64,000 nucleotides of DNA from an uncultured Prevotella sp. (lineage in GTDB: Bacteria; Actinomycetota; Coriobacteriia; Coriobacteriales; Eggerthellaceae). The translations under genes and the position numbers were made by a program. Under the pieces are notes generated by a model. That model made no database searches, was not told where the DNA came from, and saw only the letters and a program-made list of their open reading frames with translations. The stretch spans positions 10,121-74,120 of the forward strand of contig CAVBST010000005.1 in assembly GCA_963598325.1 (NCBI GenBank). The letters are read 5' to 3'. This document shows positions 57,851-64,000 of the stretch, in pieces; position 1 is the first letter of the stretch, and each line of letters starts with the position of its first letter.

Positions 57851-58285
57851 CTAGTCAAGCGCGTTGATCTTCTCTACACGGCCCGCGTGGCGGCCGCCGG
57901 CAAACTCGGTGGTAAGGAACGCATCCAGGATGCGCTCGTTGTCTTCAAGGGAAACGAAGCGCCCGGACAAGGTAATGACGTTGGCATCGTTGTGCTCGCG
58001 GCACAGCACGGCGAAGTCGCGGCGCACCACATTGGCAGCGCGGATGCCCTCGAGCTTGCCCGCTGCCATGGCCATGCCGATGCCCGTTCCGCACACCAGA
58101 ACGCCCCGCTCGGCTTCACCCGATTGCACGTCCTTGCCAACCAGGGCAGCGAAATCGGGGTAGTCCACGCGCGAATCGCTTTCGGGGCCGCGATCCAACA
58201 CCTCGTGCCCTTCGCGCTTCAAATACGCAACAAGGTCCTGCTTCTGCTCGAATCCGGCATGGTCCGATGCGATAGAGATCTTCAT
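57851..58285 (-). CDS. rpiB: Ribose-5-phosphate isomerase B (RpiB/LacAB family)
   Basis: MKISIASDHAGFEQKQDLVAYL...VCGTGIGMAMAA. ATG read directly at 58285. Confidence 0.92.
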   Translation of the reverse strand: MKISIASDHAGFEQKQDLVAYLKREGHEVLDRGPESDSRVDYPDFAALVGKDVQSGEAERGVLVCGTGIGMAMAAGKLEGIRAANVVRRDFAVLCREHNDANVITLSGRFVSLEDNERILDAFLTTEFAGGRHAGRVEKINALD

Positions 58286-58428
58286 GGCGCCTCTCCCTTT
58301 CCCGTTTGCGCACCCATGTGGCAAGGATGCTGCCGCACCCTGTTTCAATTCGAGCTGATTGTACTCGATGAGTGTTTCAGGGAAAGGGCTAAGACGTAAC
58401 GAAACGGCGCGTATCAGTAAGCGGTGCC

Positions 58429-59922
58429 TTACGAAGAGCGAGTGCGATCAACGCATTCGTGCCACTTCGCCATCATGCCGGCGCGGGCCTTTGCTTCGAG
58501 CTTCGGCTGGAAGGAGCGCTCGATGGCGCGAAGCGCTGAGAGCTGTTCGGTGCCCTCCCAGAACCCCGAGGAAAGGCCGGCAAGGTAGGCAGCGCCGAGC
58601 GCCGTGCTCTCCACGCATTCGGGGCGCTCGATAACCGCATTTACCACATCGGCGCAGCACTGCAGCATGAAATCGTTCTTGCAGGCGCCGCCATCCACCG
58701 CCAGGGTGGAAACCTGGACACCGGAATCGCGCGACATGCCCTCCAAGATGTCCTGTATCTGGAACGCCTGCGCTTCCAGGCACGCCCGCACCACATGGGC
58801 ACGCGTTGCCCCACGGGTAAGCCCGTAGATGGCGCCGCGCGCCTGCGCATCCCAATACGGGGCGCCCAAACCGGTGAACGCCGGAACCACCACAACGCCG
58901 GCGGAATCGGGAACGCTTTGGGCCAGGGAATCGGTTTCCGCCGGGCTGGCGATGATGCCCAGGCCGTCCTTGAGCCACTGGATAAGGGCTCCCGCCATGA
59001 ACACGCTGCCCTCGAGCGCGTACTCCAAGCCCTGATGGCCCGGCGCAGAGGCGGCCACCGTGGAAACCAGGCCATGGTTCGAGCTGCAGGCGCGCCCGCC
59101 CGTGTGCATAAGCAGGAAGCAGCCGGTGCCGAACGTGGCCTTCGCCTGACCCGGCTCAAAGCAGCACTGCGCGAACAGGGCCGACTGCTGGTCGCCCGCA
59201 ACGCCGCAGATGGGAATGGAGCCGGCAATGACCGGATGGTCCATGAGCCCGAACGAGCCGGACGAGGGGCGCACCTCGGGCAGCATGGCCATGGGCACGT
59301 CGAACAGCTCGCACAGCCAAGGGTCCCAAGCCCCTTCATGGATGTTGAAGAGCATGGTGCGGCTGGCGTTGGTGGGGTCTGTGGCGTGGACCTTCCCCCG
59401 GGTCAGGTTCCACACCAGCCACGAATCAACCGTACCGAACGCCAATTCGCCCGCTTCGGCGCGCGCCCGCGCACCGGGGACCTTGTCCAAGATCCAGGCG
59501 ATCTTGCTGGCGGAGTAATAAGCATCGGGAATAAGGCCCGTGCGACGCGTTACCTCGTGCGCCGTGAACGCATCGGCGCAGCGTGCTTCCACGATCTCGG
59601 TGGTGCGGCGGCACTGCCACACGATGGCGTTGTACACGGGCTCGCCGGTGGCACGGTCCCACACCACCGTGGTCTCGCGCTGGTTGGTTATGCCCACCGC
59701 TTCCACCTGATCGGCGGAAACGCCCGTGGAAACAAGCAGTTCGGCAAGCACCTTCAGCTGGCTGGAAAGTATGTCCTTGGGCGAATGCTCAACCCAGCCG
59801 GGCTGGGGGAACAGCTGGGGGAAAGCGCTCTGCGACATGCCGCAGATACGCCCTTCGCGGTTCACCAGCACCGCGCGGGAAGAGGTGGTTCCCTGGTCGA
59901 GCGCGATAACGTAGCCGCCCAC
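58429..59922 (-). CDS. glpK: Glycerol kinase
   Basis: GTG at 59922 after GGAAGGGGAG. YVIALDQGTTSSRAVL... matches GlpK across its full length. The upstream 334 codons of the track ORF are an artefact overlapping the hydrolase gene. Confidence 0.93.
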   Translation of the reverse strand: MGGYVIALDQGTTSSRAVLVNREGRICGMSQSAFPQLFPQPGWVEHSPKDILSSQLKVLAELLVSTGVSADQVEAVGITNQRETTVVWDRATGEPVYNAIVWQCRRTTEIVEARCADAFTAHEVTRRTGLIPDAYYSASKIAWILDKVPGARARAEAGELAFGTVDSWLVWNLTRGKVHATDPTNASRTMLFNIHEGAWDPWLCELFDVPMAMLPEVRPSSGSFGLMDHPVIAGSIPICGVAGDQQSALFAQCCFEPGQAKATFGTGCFLLMHTGGRACSSNHGLVSTVAASAPGHQGLEYALEGSVFMAGALIQWLKDGLGIIASPAETDSLAQSVPDSAGVVVVPAFTGLGAPYWDAQARGAIYGLTRGATRAHVVRACLEAQAFQIQDILEGMSRDSGVQVSTLAVDGGACKNDFMLQCCADVVNAVIERPECVESTALGAAYLAGLSSGFWEGTEQLSALRAIERSFQPKLEAKARAGMMAKWHECVDRTRSS

Positions 59923-59924
59923 GG

Positions 59925-60986
59925 CTACTCCCCTTCCTTTGGCTCGGCGCCGGGCTCGGCGCCGGGCTCGGCATCCACGCCGTAAATCTGCTCCATCTGG
60001 GCCTTCGACCGGGCAACCTCGCCGAGCACCATGCGCTCGGTGAACCATTCCTCCACATCGGCGTAGACCAGCGAGCGCTGGGGCTCGTTCAGTATCTCGT
60101 GGCGCATGTGCGGGTAGATGACCACCTGCACGTCTTCTGCGCCTTGGCTGCGGTACAGATCGGCAGCGGCCTGCACGCCCTTGCCGCAAGAGCCCACCGG
60201 GTCTTCGGCGCCGGCGATGAACAGCAGGGGAAGCGAATCGGGCACGGCAGCCGCGCTCTTCTTGCTTGCCACCTCCTGCGTAAGGTCGGTCAACGTGGCG
60301 TACCCGCCCACCGAGAACATCTGGCCCGAAAGCGGGTCGGCCTCGTAGGCGTCTACCACGCCAGGGTCGGTGCATATCCAGTCGTTTGCGGTACGCGCAT
60401 CCTTGATGGACGAGGAAAACGCCCCAACTACCAGGGAATCTACGGCTTTGGAACGGTATTCCTCCCCGCGCAACGTTCCGATAAGGCGCGAAAGGGTGCG
60501 CCCCGCCATCGAAACCGCGCGCGGCTGATTCCCCGTGCCGCACAAGACGGCACCGGCAAGGCCTTCGGGGCTGCGCGACATGCTGGCGCGCGCCACGAAA
60601 CTGCCCATGGAATGCCCGAACAAAAACAGAGGCAACGTGCCGTCTTCGTGCACGAAGGCAAGCGCCGCTTTGCGCACGCGCAGCACGTCTTCCAGAAGGA
60701 CTTCCTTGCCGTTGCGCAGAGGCAGATGGCCCAGCTCGTCGGGCGAACCAACGCTCTTGCCGTGGCCCACATGGTCGTGGCCGAACACCACATAGCCGAG
60801 CCCGGCCAAGAAGCGCGCGAACGAATCGTAGCGCTCGATATGCTCGGCCATGCCATGGACAAGCTGCACCACGCCGCGCCTGCTGTACACCGGGTCGGGC
60901 AGCCACAGCAGAACGCGCAGCCACGACTTCCCATCAGAGGAAAGCGTGGAGCTCTCTTGCCGAAGCGGGTAAACGTTGCGTTCCAT
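59925..60986 (-). CDS. Alpha/beta hydrolase (monoacylglycerol lipase / lysophospholipase-like)
   Basis: HGMAEH...GHSMGS nucleophile elbow. Lies immediately upstream of glpK. Confidence 0.8.
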   Translation of the reverse strand: MERNVYPLRQESSTLSSDGKSWLRVLLWLPDPVYSRRGVVQLVHGMAEHIERYDSFARFLAGLGYVVFGHDHVGHGKSVGSPDELGHLPLRNGKEVLLEDVLRVRKAALAFVHEDGTLPLFLFGHSMGSFVARASMSRSPEGLAGAVLCGTGNQPRAVSMAGRTLSRLIGTLRGEEYRSKAVDSLVVGAFSSSIKDARTANDWICTDPGVVDAYEADPLSGQMFSVGGYATLTDLTQEVASKKSAAAVPDSLPLLFIAGAEDPVGSCGKGVQAAADLYRSQGAEDVQVVIYPHMRHEILNEPQRSLVYADVEEWFTERMVLGEVARSKAQMEQIYGVDAEPGAEPGAEPKEGE

Positions 60987-60995
60987 TGCCCGCCC

Positions 60996-61607
60996 CTAGG
61001 AAAGAGCGCGGATATCGGAGATGGTGATGGCACCCTCCCTCATGAGCACCGGATGGTCGCCCGAGGCGCAATCGACGATGGTAGAGGCGATGCCGCTCTT
61101 CTCTTCCTCGTCGGAGACGGCGGCACCGACCGCCGCAAAGATGGACGGGTCTATCTCGTCGAACGCGATGGTGTTCTTCTGCCCCGAAAGGTTGGCCGAG
61201 GTGGTGGCGATGGGGCAGCCCAACTGGGCAATAAGGTTGTGCGCGGTAGGGTTCGCCGGCATGCGCAGGCCGATGGTGCCCTCTTCGGAGCGGAATGCCT
61301 CGGGCACCTGGTCGCTCGCCTTGACGATGATGGTAAGCGGCCCGGGCCAGAACGTGCGCGCCAGGGCAAAGGCGAAGTCGGGAACCACCTTGCCGTACTT
61401 GGAAAGGTCCTCGATGCTGCCCACCAACCAGGCGATGGGCTTGGAAGGGTCGCGGTGCTTGATGGCGAAAAGCTGCTCGGGGCTTGGCGCATGCATAACG
61501 GAAACGCCCAAGCCGAACAGGGTATCGGTGGGGAAAACAACAGGCTGGCCGTGCTTGAGCGCAGCCAAAGCCTCTGATGAGGTTTGCGGGATCTGAGACA
61601 TGTGCAT
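60996..61607 (-). CDS. L-threonylcarbamoyladenylate synthase (TsaC/YwlC/Sua5 family)
   Basis: VVFPTDTLFGLG, TSANLSG and GASTIVD-like motifs. Confidence 0.88.
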   Translation of the reverse strand: MHMSQIPQTSSEALAALKHGQPVVFPTDTLFGLGVSVMHAPSPEQLFAIKHRDPSKPIAWLVGSIEDLSKYGKVVPDFAFALARTFWPGPLTIIVKASDQVPEAFRSEEGTIGLRMPANPTAHNLIAQLGCPIATTSANLSGQKNTIAFDEIDPSIFAAVGAAVSDEEEKSGIASTIVDCASGDHPVLMREGAITISDIRALS

Positions 61608-61763
61608 CAGCTTTCGTGTTTAGGGTGCGTTGATCGCGGGCCTTACGGCGCACGCGATGCCAGGCAGAGTCACAGTTGCTTTATCATACCGCGCCTTGCC
61701 GCGGCCAAAGGGCTGAAACGCCATTCATAACGGCAATCAGCCCATTCGTTACCTTTGAAGGCG

Positions 61764-63503
61764 CTACTGCTGGTAGCGCTGGGCAACCTTCTGAGCAACA
61801 CGCAGGCCATCGCATGCGGCCGACATGATGCCGCCGGCAAACCCCGGCCCCTCCCCGCAGGGGAACACCCCGCTGCCTTGAACCGCTTCCAGGTCGCTTG
61901 AAGCGGCAAGAAACCGTGCCTGCAGGTCTTTCCCGCGGCAGATGCGCACCGGCGACGAGCTGCGCGTCTCGGGAGCCGTCATAAGGGCATCAGGGTTGTC
62001 GAAGCCCTTCAGCTTGCGCCCTAGCAGCGGCAATGCGCTGGCAAGCGATTCGCTCACGAAGCCCGGAAGGCACTCGGCAATGGGCGCCTGCACCACGCCA
62101 CGGCCGTAAGTGGGCTGAACCTGCCCGCCCGAAGACGGCGCAGCGGCCTGGGGCGCCTCGCCCGAATGGTAAGCCGCACAGCCGGCCGAGCCTGCCGCCC
62201 TGGCGCCTTCCTGCCGCGTAAGGAAATCGCCCACCCGCTGGGCAGGCGCCTGATAGGGCTTGCCGCCGTAGTTAAGCGATAGGCGATAGGCCGCTTGCTC
62301 GATAGAGCGTTGCAGTTCCACGCCGGCAAGCACGTCGCTGCCGCCGAAATCGGAGGGATCGACATTCACCAGCACGGCGGAATTGGCGTTCTTGCCGGCA
62401 CGCGCATAGCGGCTCATCCCGTTGGTGACGACGCCGGCTTCCTCGCTTGCCGCCGCAACCACTTCGCCACCTGGGCACATGCAGAAGGTGTACACACTGC
62501 GCTTGTTGGGCAGGTGCACGGCAAGCTTGTACTCGGCGGCGCCGAGCGCGGGATGTCTGGCCGCCTTGCCCCACTGCGATTCGTTGACAAGCGCCTGCGG
62601 GTGCTCGATGCGCACGCCCACGGAAAAGGGCTTCTGCTCCATGGCGAATCCCTCGTTGCGGCACAGCTCGAACACATCGCGCGCCGAATGGCCGCAGGCC
62701 AGTATCAGGCTTTCGGCCTCTACCTGGCAGATCTGGCCGGTTTCGACGTTTTCCAAGCCCACCGCGGCCAGCTTGCCACCGCAGAAGCCCCAACCGCTAA
62801 GGCGCGTGCCGAAGCGAACCTCCCCGCCAAGCTCCACAATCTCACGGCGCATGGCGCTCACGATGCCGGGCAGGTTGTCGCTTCCCAGGTGAGGGTGCGA
62901 CTCCACCAGGATGCTCTCCGGCGCGCCGGCGTCCACAAACCAGCGCAGCACATGCTTGGCCATGGGGTTCTTGATGTTGGTGGTGAGCTTCCCGTCGGAA
63001 AACGTGCCTGCCCCGCCTTCGCCGAACTGGATGTTCGAGCAAGGGTTCAGCTGACCCGTTTCCTCGAAATGGGCAATGTCACGCGCGCGGCGATCGACGT
63101 CGAAGCCGCGTTCCACCACCAAGGGACGCAAGCCGCATCGCGCCAGGTAAAGCGCCGCGAACAACCCCGCCGGGCCCAAACCAACCACAACAATGCGCGC
63201 CTTGCCAGGCGTGCAGGGCGGGCATTCAAGCGGTTCGTAGGGCTTCGATTCCCTGACGTTCAACCCCTTGGGGGGCTTCTTCAGCAGGCGCTCCTCTTCG
63301 CCGCGAGGCAGCGCAACCCGCAAGGTGGCAGTAAAGTGGACGTTGCCCTTCTTGCGGGCATCGACGCTTCGCTTCGTTACCCGAACCTCGTCTATGGCAC
63401 CGGACGCAACGCCCAACGCCCGGGCTGCTTCTTTCTTGAGCAGGGCAGCGTTGCCCGGCAGAGCGGTATCGAGCGAAAGGGAAACCCCGGAAATATCTAG
63501 CAT
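61764..63503 (-). CDS. FAD-dependent oxidoreductase (COG2509-like, NAD(FAD)-utilising dehydrogenase)
   Basis: Dinucleotide fold IVVVGLGPAGLFAALYLA. 579 aa. The function is not defined by sequence alone. Confidence 0.7.
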   Translation of the reverse strand: MLDISGVSLSLDTALPGNAALLKKEAARALGVASGAIDEVRVTKRSVDARKKGNVHFTATLRVALPRGEEERLLKKPPKGLNVRESKPYEPLECPPCTPGKARIVVVGLGPAGLFAALYLARCGLRPLVVERGFDVDRRARDIAHFEETGQLNPCSNIQFGEGGAGTFSDGKLTTNIKNPMAKHVLRWFVDAGAPESILVESHPHLGSDNLPGIVSAMRREIVELGGEVRFGTRLSGWGFCGGKLAAVGLENVETGQICQVEAESLILACGHSARDVFELCRNEGFAMEQKPFSVGVRIEHPQALVNESQWGKAARHPALGAAEYKLAVHLPNKRSVYTFCMCPGGEVVAAASEEAGVVTNGMSRYARAGKNANSAVLVNVDPSDFGGSDVLAGVELQRSIEQAAYRLSLNYGGKPYQAPAQRVGDFLTRQEGARAAGSAGCAAYHSGEAPQAAAPSSGGQVQPTYGRGVVQAPIAECLPGFVSESLASALPLLGRKLKGFDNPDALMTAPETRSSSPVRICRGKDLQARFLAASSDLEAVQGSGVFPCGEGPGFAGGIMSAACDGLRVAQKVAQRYQQ

Positions 63504-64000
63504 CGTTTTCCTTCCGCGAAGAACCGTGCCATGTCATAGCCTGCAAGCATGCCGCTTGACCAGGCCCAATGAAGGTTGTAGCCGCCGCAGGGGCCATCGA
63601 CGTCCAGGGCTTCGCCAAGCACGTAGAAGCCGGGAGCGCAAGCGCACTCCATGGTGGCAGGGTGCACGGCGCTTACGGGAACACCGCCGCGATGCACCTG
63701 GCATTGGCGCTCATCGGCAATGCCTTCTACGGTGCAGAAGAAGCACTTCAGCGTTTCAGCCAGCAGGCGAATGCCTTCTTCGCCCGCAGCACCGGCCGGG
63801 TTTACCCCCGCCGCCGCGCATACCGCTTCGGCCAGTTCCGGCAGCAGGAAGCCTCGAAACAGCGCCAGGCTGCCTTCGCCGGCAGACTGCTGCGCCCTTC
63901 GGCCAAGCAGCGCTTCGACGTCTTCGACAGACAACCCGGGAAGGAAGTCGAGGCACAGCTTCGCGCCTGCTGCCGCTCTGCGCGAAGCGTTGAACACCAC
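63497..64000 (-). CDS. HI0933/BaiN-like flavoprotein, C-terminal part only (N-terminus lies beyond the window end)
   Basis: C-terminal GGYNLHWAWSSGMLAG signature of the family. The frame is open to the window edge. Confidence 0.65.
   Translation of the reverse strand: MVFNASRRAAAGAKLCLDFLPGLSVEDVEALLGRRAQQSAGEGSLALFRGFLLPELAEAVCAAAGVNPAGAAGEEGIRLLAETLKCFFCTVEGIADERQCQVHRGGVPVSAVHPATMECACAPGFYVLGEALDVDGPCGGYNLHWAWSSGMLAGYDMARFFAEGKRC

Noticed and set aside
58429-60924. An 831-aa ORF that appears to fuse a long Arg/Ala-rich N-terminus to glycerol kinase.
   Set aside because: The N-terminal 334 codons overlap the alpha/beta hydrolase gene (59925-60986) in another frame and have junk composition. 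GlpK homology begins at the GTG at 59922, which has a good RBS.

Overview
This is a high-GC, gene-dense chromosomal segment, and about 90% of its genes are on the minus strand. Gene content and protein signatures look actinobacterial, possibly a Coriobacteriia/Eggerthellaceae-like anaerobe, but that taxonomic call is inference only. I found no rRNA, tRNA, CRISPR array or transposase.

Contents in window order:
- A partial lipoprotein and a class A PBP with a Ser/Gly-rich tail.
- The arginine cluster argC-J-B-D, argG and argH.
- A MaoC-dehydratase/VOC/ketopantoate-reductase-like operon with two LysR regulators.
- nadE, a nitroreductase and an alpha/beta hydrolase.
- A tiny toxin-like membrane ORF.
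- ubiD-ubiX plus a permease.
- Two tandem ArsB/NhaD-type transporters and an FKBP-type PPIase.
- A visibly AT-richer BrnT/BrnA toxin-antitoxin islet.
- A class I aldolase.
- A YtxH/PRC-barrel/TVP38/TM2 membrane-stress-like operon.
- A soluble GAF histidine kinase with a NarL-type response regulator.
- An 11-kb co-directional respiratory module: a membrane multihaem cytochrome c, ccmEFABCD and napGABDH.
- The complete F1Fo ATP synthase operon.
- dCMP deaminase, glyA, rpiB, glpK, a lipase-like hydrolase, a TsaC/Sua5-like protein and two flavoproteins.

Most interesting observations:
1. The Nap module carries its own System I cytochrome c maturation genes. These are of the CcmH/CcmG-less type, and the CcmE is tandemly duplicated with a CxxxY motif in place of HxxxY.
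2. The adjacent cytochrome has CX3CH and CX4CH sites in addition to CXXCH sites.
3. A TGAAC-N2-GTTCA palindrome, which resembles the Rex operator core, recurs in the promoter regions of nap, the cytochrome/ccm genes, atp, ubiD and the transporters.
4. Two families of long structured intergenic repeats are present.
5. There is a 43-aa type-I-toxin-like ORF and an orphan plus-strand terminator antisense to the cytochrome leader.

Many long ORFs in the supplied track are antisense or N-terminally over-extended artefacts of the high GC content. I re-set starts where an RBS plus homology logic allowed.
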